Shown here: in pieces, positions 52,821-64,000 of the stretch | How positions within the stretch are numbered: position 1 is the stretch's first letter | Layout of the letters: each line of letters starts with the position of its first letter | From: the human T2T-CHM13v2.0 reference genome, Homo sapiens | NCBI RefSeq assembly: GCF_009914755.1 | Contig: NC_060943.1 | Strand: one strand, 5' to 3' | DNA: 64,000 nt | Notes under the pieces: model-generated | Seen by the model: only the letters and a program-made list of their open reading frames with translations | Databases searched by the model: none | What the model was told of the DNA's origin: nothing | Translations under genes and position numbers: made by a program

Positions 52821-55800
52821 TTGTGTGTATTCAACTCACAGAGTTGAACGATCCTTTACACAGAGCAGACTTGAAACACTCTTTTTGTGGAATTTGCAAG
52901 TGGAGATTTCAGCCGCTTTGAGGTCAATGGTAGAATAGGAAATATCTTCCTATAGAAACTAGACAGAATGATTCTCAGAAACTCCTTTGTGATGTGTGCG
53001 TTCAACTCACAGAGTTTAACCTTTCTTTTCATAGAGCAGTTAGGAAACACTCTGTTTGTAAAGTCTGCAAGTGGATATTCAGACCTCCTTGAGGCCTTCG
53101 TTGGAAACGGGATTTCTTCATATTATGCTAGACAGAAGAATTCTCAGTAACTTCCTTGTGTTGTGTGTATTCAACTCACAGAGTTGAACGATCCTTTACA
53201 CAGAGCAGACTTGAAACACTCTTTTTGTGGAATTTGCAAGTGGAGATTTCAGCCGCTTTGAGGTCAATGGTAGAATAGGAAATATCTTCCTATAGAAACT
53301 AGACAGAATGATTCTCAGAAACTCCTTTGTGATGTGTGCGTTCAACTCACAGAGTTCAACCTTTCTTTTCATAGAGCAGTTGGGAAACACTCTGTTTGTA
53401 AAGTCTGCAAGTGGATATTCAGACTTCTTTGAGGCCTTCGTTGGAAGCGGGATTTCTTCATATTCTGCTAGAGAGAAGAATTCTCAGTAACTGCCTTGTG
53501 TTGTGTGTATTCAACTCACAGAGTTGAACGATCCTTTACACAGAGCAGACTTGAAACACTCTTTTTGTGGAATTTGCAAGTGGAGATTTCAGCCGCTTTG
53601 AGGTCAATGGTAGAATAGGAAATATCTTCCTATAGAAACTAGACAGAATGATTCTCAGAAACTCCTTTGTGATGTGTGCGTTCAACTCACAGAGTTTAAC
53701 CTTTCTTTTCATAGAGCAGTTAGGAAACACTCTGTTTGTAAAGTCTGCAAGTGGATATTCAGACATCCTTGAGGCTTTCGTTGGAAACGGGATTTCTTCA
53801 TATTCTGCTAGAAAGAAGAATTCTCAGTAACTTCCTTGTGTTGTGTGTATTCAACTCACAGAGTTGAACGATCCTTTACACAGAGCAGACTTGAAACACT
53901 CTTTTTGTGGAATTTGCAAGTGGAGATTTCAGCCGCTTTGAGGTCAATGGTAGAATAGGAAATATCTTCCTATAGAAACTAGACAGAATGATTCTCAGAA
54001 ACTCCTTTGTGATGTGTGCGTTCAACTCACAGAGTTTAACCTTTCTTTTCATAGAGCAGTTGGGAAACACTCTGTTTGTAAAGTCTGCAAGTAGATATTC
54101 AGACATCCTTGAGGCTTTCGTTGGAAACGGGATTTCTTCATATTCTGCTAGAAAGAAGAATTCTCAGTAACTTCCTTGTGTTGTGTGTATTCAACTCACA
54201 GAGTTGAACGATCCTTTACACAGAGCAGACTTGAAACACTCTTTTTGTGGAATTTGCAAGTGGAGATTTCAGCCGCTTTGAGGTCAATGGTAGAATAGGA
54301 AATATCTTCCTATAGAAACTAGACAGAATGATTCTCAGAAACTCCTTTGTGATGTGTGCGTTCAACTCACAGAGTTTAACCTTTCTTTTCATAGAGCAGT
54401 TGGGAAACACTCTGTTTGTAAAGTCTGCAAGTGGATATTCAGACATCCTTGAGGCTTTCGTTGGAAAAGGGATTTCTTCATATTCTGCTAGAAAGAAGAA
54501 TTCTCAGTAACTTCCTTGTGTTGTGTGTATTCAACTCACAGAGTTGAACGATCCTTTACACAGAGCAGACTTGAAACACTCTTTTTGTGGAATTTGCAAG
54601 TGGAGATTTCAGCCGCTTTGAGGTCAATGGTAGAATAGGAATTATCTTCCTATAGAAACTAGACAGAATGATTCTCAGAAACTCCTTTGTGATGTGTGCG
54701 TTCAACTCACACAGTTTAACCTTTCTTTTCATAGAGCAGTTAGGAAACACTCTGTTTGTAAAGTCTGCAAGTGGATATTCAGACCTCCTTGAGGCCTTCG
54801 TTGGAAACGGGATTTCTTCATATTATGCTAGACAGAAGAATTCTCAGTAACTTCCTTGTGTTGTGTGTTTTCAACTCACAGAGTTGAACGATCCTTTACA
54901 CAGAGCAGACTTGAAACACTCTTTTGGTGGAATTTGCAAGTGGAGATTTCAGCCGCTTTGAGTTCAATGGTAGAATAGGAAATATCTTCCTATAGAAACT
55001 ACACAGAATGATTCTCAGAAACTGCTTTGTGATGTGTGCGTTCAACTCACAGAGTTCAACCTTTCTTTTCATAGAGCAGTTGGGAAACACTCTGTTTGTA
55101 AAGTCTGCAAGTGGATATTCAGACTTCTTTGAGGCCTTCGTTGGAAGCGGGATTTCTTCATGTTCTGCTAGACAGAAGAATTCTCAGAAACTTCCTTGTG
55201 TTGTGTGTTTTCAACTCACAGAGTTGAACGATCCTTTACACAGAGCAGACTTGAAACACTCCTTTTGTGGAATTTGCAAGTGGAGATTTCAGCCGCTTTG
55301 AGGTCAATGGTAGAATAGGAAATATCTTCCTATAGAAAGTAGACAGAATGATTCTCAGAAACTCCTTTGTGATGTGTGCGTTCAACTCACAGAGTTTAAC
55401 CTTTCTTTTCATAGAGCAGTTAGGAAACACTCTGTTTGTAAAGTCTGCAAGTGGATATTCAGACCTCCTTGAGGCCTTCGTTGGAAACGGGATTTCTTCA
55501 TATTATGCTAGACAGAAGAATTCTCAGTAACTTCCTTGTGTTGTGTGTATTCAACTCACAGAGTTGAACGATCCTTTACACAGAGCAGACTTGAAACACT
55601 CTTTTTGTGGAATTTGCAAGTGGAGATTTCAGCCGCTGTGAGTTCAATGGTAGAATAGGAAATATCTTCCTATAGAAACTAGACAGAATGATTCTCAGAA
55701 ACTCCTTTGTGATGTGTGCGTTCAACTCACAGAGTTCAACCTTTCTTTTCATAGAGCAGTTGGGAAACACTCTGTTTGTAAAGTCTGCAAGTGGATATTC

Positions 55801-57970
55801 AGACTTCTTTGAGGCCTTCGTTGGAAGCGGGATTTCTTCATATTCTGCTAGACAGAAGAATTCTCAGTAACTGCCTTGTGTTGTGTGTATTCAACTCACA
55901 GAGTTGAACGATCCTTTACACAGAGCAGACTTGAAACACTCTTTTTGTGGAATTTGCAAGTGGAGATTTCAGCGGCTTTGAGGTCAATGGTAGAATAGGA
56001 AATATCTTCCTATAGAAACTAGACAGAATGATTCTCAGAAACTCCTTTGTGATGTGTGCGTTCAACTCACAGAGTTTAACCTTTCTTTTCATAGAGCAGT
56101 TAGGAAACACTCTGTTTGTAAAGTCTGCAAGTGGATATTCAGACCTCCTTGAGGCCTTCGTTGGAAACGGGATTTCTTCATATTATGCTAGACAGAAGAA
56201 TTCTCAGTAACTTCCTTGTGTTGTGTGTATTCAACTCACAGAGTTGAACGATCCTTTACACAGAGCAGACTTGAAACACTCTTTTTGTGGAATTTGCAAG
56301 TGGAGATTTCAGCCGCTTTGAGGTCAATGGTAGAATAGGAAATATCTTCCTATAGAAACTAGACAGAATGATTCTCAGAAACTCCTTTGTGATGTGTGCG
56401 TTCAACTCACAGAGTTCAACCTTTCTTTTCATAGAGCAGTTGGGAAACACTCTGTTTGTAAAGTCTGCAAGTGGATATTCAGACTTCTTTGAGGCCTTCG
56501 TTGGAAGCGGGATTTCTTCATATTCTGCTAGACAGAAGAATTCTCAGTAACTGCCTTGTGTTGTGTGTATTCAACTCACAGAGTTGAACGATCCTTTACA
56601 CAGAGCAGACTTGAAACACTCTTTTTGTGGAATTTGCAAGTGGAGATTTCAGCCGCTTTGAGGTCAATGGTAGAATAGGAAATATCTTCCTATAGAAACT
56701 AGACAGAATGATTCTCAGAAACTCCTTTGTGATGTGTGCGTTCAACTCACAGAGTTTAACCTTTCTTTTCATAGAGCAGTTAGGAAACACTCTGTTTGTA
56801 AAGTCTGCAAGTGGATATTCAGACATCCTTGAGGCTTTCGTTGGAAACGGGATTTCTTCATATTCTGCTAGAAAGAAGAATTCTCAGTAACTTCCTTGTG
56901 TTGTGTGTATTCAACTCACAGAGTTGAACGATCCTTTACACAGAGCAGACTTGAAACACTCTTTTTGTGGAATTTGCAAGTGGAGATTTCAGCCGCTTTG
57001 AGGTCAATGGTAGAATAGGAAATATCTTCCTATAGAAACTAGACAGAATGATTCTCAGAAACTCCTTTGTGATGTGTGCGTTCAACTCACAGAGTTTAAC
57101 CTTTCTTTTCATAGAGCAGTTGGGAAACACTCTGTTTGTAAAGTCTGCAAGTAGATATTCAGACATCCTTGAGGCTTTCGTTGGAAACGGGATTTCTTCA
57201 TATTCTGCTAGAAAGAAGAATTCTCAGTAACTTCCTTGTGTTGTGTGTATTCAACTCACAGAGTTGAACGATCCTTTACACAGAGCAGACTTGAAACACT
57301 CTTTTTGTGGAATTTGCAAGTGGAGATTTCAGCCGCTTTGAGGTCAATGGTAGAATAGGAAATATCTTCCTATAGAAACTAGACAGAATGATTCTCAGAA
57401 ACTCCTTTGTGATGTGTGCGTTCAACTCACAGAGTTTAACCTTTCTTTTCATAGAGCAGTTGGGAAACACTCTGTTTGTAAAGTCTGCAAGTGGATATTC
57501 AGACATCCTTGAGGCTTTCGTTGGAAAAGGGATTTCTTCATATTCTGCTAGAAAGAAGAATTCTCAGTAACTTCCTTGTGTTGTGTGTATTCAACTCACA
57601 GAGTTGAACGATCCTTTACACAGAGCAGACTTGAAACACTCTTTTTGTGGAATTTGCAAGTGGAGATTTCAGCCGCTTTGAGGTCAATGGTAGAATAGGA
57701 AATATCTTCCTATAGAAACTAGACAGAATGATTCTCAGAAACTCCTTTGTGATGTGTGCGTTCAACTCACACAGTTTAACCTTTCTTTTCATAGAGCAGT
57801 TAGGAAACACTCTGTTTGTAAAGTCTGCAAGTGGATATTCAGACCTCCTTGAGGCCTTCGTTGGAAACGGGATTTCTTCATATTATGCTAGACAGAAGAA
57901 TTCTCAGTAACTTCCTTGTGTTGTGTGTTTTCAACTCACAGAGTTGAACGATCCTTTACACAGAGCAGAC
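51850..57970 (+). repeat. Tandem duplication of a 9-dimer (3060 bp) unit
   Basis: TTTGGTGG, CTACACAG, AACTGCTT, GCTGTGAG, AAGTAGATA and GAAAAGGGA recur at +3060; I saw only about 3 differences (53473, 54643, 55974). Confidence 0.92.
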
Positions 57971-60300
57971 TTGAAACACTCTTTTTGTGGAATTTGCAAG
58001 TGGAGATTTCAGCCGCTTTGAGTTCAATGGTAGAATAGGAAATATCTTCCTATAGAAACTAGACAGAATGATTCTCAGAAACTCCTTTGTGATGTGTGCG
58101 TTCAACTCACAGAGTTCAACCTTTCCTTTCATAGAGCAGTTGGGAAACACTCTGTTTGTAAAGTCTGCAAGTGGATATTCAGACTTCTTTGAGGCCTTCG
58201 TTGGAAGCGGGATTTCTTCATGTTCTGCTAGACAGAAGAATTCTCAGAAACTTCCTTGTGTTGTGTGTTTTCAACTCACAGAGTTGAACGATCCTTTACA
58301 CAGAGCAGACTTGAAACACTCCTTTTGTGGAATTTGCAAGTGGAGATTTCAGCCGCTTTGAGGTCAATGGTAGAATAGGAAATATCTTCCTATAGAAAGT
58401 AGACAGAATGATTCTCAGAAACTCCTTTGTGATGTGTGCGTTCAACTCACAGAGTTTAACCTTTCTTTTCATAGAGCAGTTAGGAAACACTCTGTTTGTA
58501 AAGTCTGCAAGTGGATATTCAGACCTCCTTGAGGCCTTCGTTGGAAACGGGATTTCTTCATATTATGCTAGACAGAAGAATTCTCAGTAACTTCCTTGTG
58601 TTGTGTGTATTCAACTCACAGAGTTGAACGATCCTTTACACAGAGCAGACTTGAAACACTCTTTTTGTGGAATTTGCAAGTGGAGATTTCAGCCGCTTTG
58701 AGGTCAATGGTAGAATAGGAAATATCTTCCTATAGAAACTAGACAGAATGATTCTCAGAAACTCCTTTGTGATGTGTGCGTTCAACTCACAGAGTTTAAC
58801 CTTTCTTTTCATAGAGCAGTTGGGAAACACTCTGTTTGTAAAGTCTGCAAGTGGATATTCAGACATCCTTGAGGCTTTCGTTGGAAAAGGGATTTCTTCA
58901 TATTCTGCTAGACAGAAGAATTCTCAGTAACTTCCTTGTGTTGTGTGTATTCAACTCACAGAGTTGAACGATCCTTTACACAGAGCAGACTTGAAACACT
59001 CTTTTTGTGGAATTTGCAAGTGGAGATTTCAGCCGCTTTGAGGTCAATGGTAGAATAGGAAATATCTTCCTATAGAAACTAGACAGAATGATTCTCAGAA
59101 ACTCCTTTGTGATGTGTGCGTTCAACTCACACAGTTTAACCTTTCTTTTCATAGAGCAGTTAGGAAACACTCTGTTTGTAAAGTCTGCAAGTGGATATTC
59201 AGACCTCCTTGAGGCCTTCGTTGGAAACGGGATTTCTTCATATTATGCTAGACAGAAGAATTCTCAGTAACTTCCTTGTGTTGTGTGTTTTCAACTCACA
59301 GAGTTGAACGATCCTTTACACAGAGCAGACTTGAAACACTCTTTTTGTGGAATTTGCAAGTGGAGATTTCAGCCGCTTTGAGTTCAATGGTAGAATAGGA
59401 AATATCTTCCTATAGAAACTAGACAGAATGATTCTCAGAAACTCCTTTGTGATGTGTGCGTTCAACTCACAGAGTTCAACCTTTCCTTTCATAGAGCAGT
59501 TGGGAAACACTCTGTTTGTAAAGTCTGCAAGTGGATATTCAGACTTCTTTGAGGCCTTCGTTGGAAGCGGGATTTCTTCATGTTCTGCTAGACAGAAGAA
59601 TTCTCAGAAACTTCCTTGTGTTGTGTGTTTTCAACTCACAGAGTTGAACGATCCTTTACACAGAGCAGACTTGAAACACTCCTTTTGTGGAATTTGCAAG
59701 TGGAGATTTCAGCCGCTTTGAGGTCAATGGTAGAATAGGAAATATCTTCCTATAGAAAGTAGACAGAATGATTCTCAGAAACTCCTTTGTGATGTGTGCG
59801 TTCAACTCACAGAGTTTAACCTTTCTTTTCATAGAGCAGTTAGGAAACACTCTGTTTGTAAAGTCTGCAAGTGGATATTCAGACCTCCTTGAGGCCTTCG
59901 TTGGAAACGGGATTTCTTCATATTATGCTAGACAGAAGAATTCTCAGTAACTTCCTTGTGTTGTGTGTATTCAACTCACAGAGTTGAACGATCCTTTACA
60001 CAGAGTAGACTTGAAACACTCTTTTTGTGGAATTTGCAAGTGGAGATTTCAGCCGCTTTGAGGTCAATGGTAGAATAGGAAATATCTTCCTATAGAAACT
60101 AGACAGAATGATTCTCAGAAACTCCTTTGTGATGTGTGCGTTCAACTCACAGAGTTTAACCTTTCTTTTCATAGAGCAGTTGGGAAACACTCTGTTTGTA
60201 AAGTCTGCAAGTGGATATTCAGACATCCTTGAGGCTTTCGTTGGAAAAGGGATTTCTTCATATTCTGCTAGAAAGAAGAATTCTCAGTAACTTCCTTGTG
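57270..60300 (+). repeat. Tandem 4-dimer (1360 bp) unit, about 2.25 copies
   Basis: The GAAAAGGGA box variant occurs at 57516, 58876 and 60236, and CTTTCCTTTC at ~58126 and ~59486. Confidence 0.88.
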
Positions 60301-61919
60301 TTGTGTGTATTCAACTCACAGAGTTGAACGATCCTTTACACAGAGCAGACTTGAAACACTCTTTTTGTGGAATTTGCAAGTGGAGATTTCAGCCGCTGTG
60401 AGTTCAATGGTAGAATAGGAAATATCTTCCTATAGAAACTAGACAGAATGATTCTCAGAAACTCCTTTGTGATGTGTGCGTTCAAGTCACAGAGTTCAAC
60501 CTTTCTTTTCATAGAGCAGTTGGGAAACACTCTGTTTGTAAAGTCTGCAAGTGGATATTCAGACTTCCTTGAGGCCTTCGTTGGAAGCCGGATTTCTTCA
60601 TATTCTGCTAGACAGAAGAATTCTCAGTAACTGCCTTGTGTTGTGTGTATTCAACTCACAGAGTTGAACGATCCTTTACACAGAGCAGACTTGAAACACT
60701 CTTTTTGTGGAATTTGCAAGTGGAGATTTCAGCCGCTTTGAGGTCAATGGTAGAATAGGAAATATCTTCCTATGGAAACTAGACAGAATGATTCTCAGAA
60801 ACTTCTTTGTGATGTGTGCGTTCAACTCACAGAGTTTAACCTTTCTTTTCATAGAGCAGTTAGGAAACACTCTGTTTATAAAGTCTGCAAGTGGATATTC
60901 AGACCTCCTTGAGGCCTTCGTTGGAAGCGGGATTTCTTCATGTTCTGCTAGACAGAAGAATTCTCAGAAACTTCCTTGTGTTGTGTGTTTTCAACTCACA
61001 GAGTTGAACGATCCTTTACACAGAGCAGACTTGAAACACTCCTTTTGTGGAATTTGCAAGTGGAGATTTCAGCCGCTTTGAGGTCAATGGTAGAATAGGA
61101 AATATCTTCCTATAGAAAGTAGACAGAATGATTCTCAGAAACTCCTTTGTGATGTGTGCGTTCAACTCACAGAGTTTAACCTTTCTTTTCATAGAGCAGT
61201 TAGGAAACACTCTGTTTGTAAAGTCTGCAAGTGGATATTCAGACCTCCTTGAGGCCTTCGTTGGAAGCGGGATTTCTTCATGTTCTGCTAGACAGAAGAA
61301 TTCTCAGAAACTTCCTTGTGTTGTGTGTTTTCAACTCACAGAGTTGAACGATCCTTTACACAGAGCAGACTTGAAACACTCCTTTTGTGGAATTTGAAAG
61401 TGGAGATTTCAGCCGCTTTGAGGTCAATGGTAGAATAGGAAATATCTTCCTATAGAAACTAGACAGAATGATTCTGAGATATCCTTTGTGATGTGTGCGT
61501 TCAACTCACAGAGTTCAACCTTTCTTTTCATAGAGCAGTTAGGAAACACTCTGTTTGTAAAGTCTGCAAGTGGATATTCAGACCTCCTTGAGGCCTTCGT
61601 TGGAAACGGGATTTCTTCATATTATGCTAGACAGAGGAATTCTCAGGAACTTCCTTGTGTTGTGTGTATTCAACTCACAGAGTTGAACGATCCTTTACAC
61701 AGAGCAGACTTGAAACACTCTTTTTGTGGAATTTGCAAGTGGAGATTTCAGCCGCTTTGAGTTCAATGGTAGAATAGGAAATATCTTCCTATAGAAACTA
61801 CACAGAATGATTCTCAGAAACTGCTTTGTGATGTGTGCGTTCAACTCACAGAGTTCAACCTTTCTTTTCATAGAGCAGTTGGGAAACACTCTGTTTGTAA
61901 AGTCTGCAAGTGGATATTC

Positions 61920-63280
61920 AGACTTCCTTGAGGCTTTCGTTGGAAACGGGATTTCTTCATATTCTGCTAGAAAGAAGAATTCTCAGTAACTTCCTTGTGT
62001 TGTGTGTATTCAACTCAGAGTTGAACGATCCTTTACACAGAGCAGACTTGAAACACTCTTTTTGTGGAATTTGCAAGTGGAGATTTCAGCCGCTTTGAGG
62101 TCAATGGTAGAATAGGAAATATCTTCCTATAGAAACTAGACAGAATGATTCTCAGAAACTCCTTTGTGATGTGTGCGTTCAACTCACAGAGTTCAACCTT
62201 TCTTTTCATAGAGCAGTTGGGAAACACTCTGTTTGTAAAGTCTGCAAGTGGATATTCAGACTTCTTTGAGGCCTTCGTTGGAAGCGGGATTTCTTCATAT
62301 TCTGCTAGACAGAAGAATTCTCAGTAACTGCCTTGTGTTGTGTGTATTCAACTCACAGAGTTGAACGATCCTTTACACAGAGCAGACTTGAAACACTCTT
62401 TTTGTGGAATTTGCAAGTGGAGATTTCAGCCGCTTTGAGGTCAATGGTAGAATAGGAAATATCTTCCTATAGAAACTAGACAGAATGATTCTCAGAAACT
62501 CCTTTGTGATGTGTGCGTTCAACTCACAGAGTTTACCCTTTCTTTTCATAGAGCAGTTAGGAAACACTCTGTTTGTAAAGTCTGCAAGTGGATATTCAGA
62601 CATCCTTGAGGCTTTCGTTGGAAACGGGATTTCTTCATATTCTGCCAGAAAGAAGAATTCTCAGTAACTTCCTTGTGTTGTGTGTATTCAACTCACAGAG
62701 TTGAACGATCCTTTACACAGAGCAGACTTGAAACACTCTTTTTGTGGAATTTGCAAGTGGAGATTTCAGCCGCTTTGAGGTCAATGGTAGAATAGGAAAT
62801 ATCTTCCTATAGAAACTAGACAGAATGATTCTCAGAAACTCCTTTGTGATGTGTGCGTTCAACTCACAGAGTTTAACCTTTCTTTTCATAGAGCAGTTAG
62901 GAAACACTCTGTTTGTACAGTCTGCAAGTGGATATTCAGACATCCTTGAGGCTTTCGTTGGAAACGGGATTTCTTCATATTCTGCTAGAAAGAAGAATTC
63001 TCAGTAACTTCCTTGTGTTGTGTGTATTCAACTCACAGAGTTGAACGATCCTTTACACAGAGCAGACTTGAAACACTCTTTTTGTGGAATTTGCAAGTGG
63101 AGATTTCAGCCGCTGTGAGGTCAATGGTAGAATAGGACATATCTTCCTATAGAAACTAGACAGAATGATTCTCAGAAACTCCTTTGTGATGTGTGCGTTC
63201 AACTCACAGAGTTTAACCTTTCTTTTCATAGAGCAGTTGGGAAACACTCTGTTTGTAAAGTCTGCAAGTGGATATTCAGA
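61920..63280 (+). repeat. Long-range paralog of ~44250-45600 (offset 17672 bp = 52 dimers)
   Basis: Shares TTACCCTT, TGCCAGAAAG, GCTGTGAGG and GGACATAT in the same order (44361/62033, 44701/62373, 45381/63053). Confidence 0.8.
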
Positions 63281-63972
63281 CATCCTTGAGGCTTTCGTTG
63301 GAAACGGGATTTCTTCATATTCTGCTAGAAAGAAGAATTCTCAGTAACTTCCTTGTGTTGTGTGTATTCAACTCACAGAGTTGAACGATCCTTTACACAG
63401 AGCAGACTTGAAACACTCTTTTTGTGGAATTTGCAAGTGGAGATTTCAGCCGCTTTGAGTTCAATGGTAGAATAGGAAATATCTTCCTATAGAAACTAGA
63501 CAGAATGATTCTCAGAAACTCCTTTGTGATGTGTGCGTTCAACTCACACAGTTTAACCTTTCTTTTCATAGAGCAGTTAGGAAACACTCTGTTTGTAAAG
63601 TCTGCAAGTGGATATTCAGACCTCCTTGAGGCCTTCGTTGGAAACGGGATTTCTTCATAGTATGCTAGACAGAAGAATTCTCAGTAACTTCCTTGTGTTG
63701 TGTGTATTCAACTCACAGAGTTGAACGATCCTTTACACAGAGCAGACTTGAAACACTCCTTTTGTGGAATTTGCAAGTGGAGATTTCAGCCGCTTTGAGT
63801 TCAATGGTAGAATAGGAAATATCTTCCTATAGAAACTAGACAGAATGATTCTCAGAAACTCCTTTGTGATGTGTGCGTTCAACTCACAGAGTTCAACCTT
63901 TCTTTTCATAGAGCAGTTGGGAAACACTCTGTTTGTAAAGTCTGCAAGTGGATATTCAGACTTCTTTGAGGC

Positions 63973-63989
63973 CTTCGTTGGAAGCGGGA
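63973..63989 (+). promoter_or_regulatory. CENP-B box (last in window)
   Basis: CTTCGTTGGAAGCGGGA, in the same orientation as all the other boxes. Confidence 0.95.
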
Positions 63990-64000
63990 TTTCTTCATAT

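Larger units (their letters stand above)
1..64000 (+). repeat. Alpha satellite array, SF1 340-bp dimer (J1/J2-type monomers), D1Z7/D5Z2/D19Z3-like live centromeric array
   Basis: A strict 340-bp period is visible in the sequence and in the ORF track. Two related ~170-bp monomers alternate. CENP-B boxes occur in every second monomer, and nearly every dimer has one EcoRI site (classic 340-bp EcoRI alphoid dimer). Dimers differ at only a few positions. The first and last boxes (82 and 63973) are 188x340 minus 29 bp apart, matching the 29 deleted bases I counted. The family assignment is from recognition, not a database search. Confidence 0.97.

Noticed and set aside
60707-61081. Longest ORF (124 aa)
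   Set aside because: It arises from a single TAG>TGG change (~60774) combined with the common TAA>AAA variant; chance read-through in satellite DNA.
182-63927. Hundreds of 60-124 aa ORFs on both strands (MILRNSFVMCAF..., MFPNCSMKRKV...)
   Set aside because: They are translations of the satellite unit recurring every 340 bp. They overlap on opposite strands, are freely broken by stops and frameshifts, and show no recognisable domain. Not genes.
1-64000. CRISPR-like or other repeat-spacer array, or a variable-cassette system
   Set aside because: There are no unique spacers: the entire unit is repeated, with only SNV-level differences. No cas, recombinase or reverse transcriptase genes are present.
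1-64000. Embedded L1/Alu insertion, inversion or non-satellite island
   Set aside because: The 340-bp phase and orientation are continuous end to end and fully accounted for by 29 bp of small deletions.
1-64000. A global 52-dimer or 3-dimer higher-order period
   Set aside because: Markers in 21-44 kb do not recur at +52 dimers, and most offsets are not multiples of 3; both are reported only as local observations.
1-64000. Assignment to one specific chromosome (1, 5 or 19)
   Set aside because: These arrays share the same HOR family; assignment needs mapping of rare k-mers to a T2T assembly, which I cannot run.

Overview
The whole 64 kb window is one uninterrupted, head-to-tail array of primate (almost certainly human) centromeric alpha satellite. 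It belongs to suprachromosomal family 1 (SF1) and is built from a 340-bp dimer: one CENP-B-box (B/J2-type) monomer plus one pJalpha-type (A/J1-type) monomer, with the two boxes spaced 169 and 171 bp apart. The sequence resembles the live D1Z7/D5Z2/D19Z3 (S1C1/5/19H1L) array of chromosomes 1/5/19; I cannot tell which chromosome from this window. I count about 188 dimers and 189 CENP-B box positions, of which about 19 are mutated at essential bases. I see no genes, RNA genes, transposon insertions, inversions or CRISPR arrays, and the ORF track is an artefact of translating the repeat. I find no new protein-coding system. The interesting information is in the rare variants. They show nested tandem and long-range duplications with offsets of 1, 3, 4, 5, 8, 9, 11, 14, 36 and 52 dimers, three sub-domains, recombinant monomers, deletion-only indels with one recurrent 4-bp deletion, local mutation clusters, and per-dimer hairpins. 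All counts were made by eye and should be confirmed by alignment.
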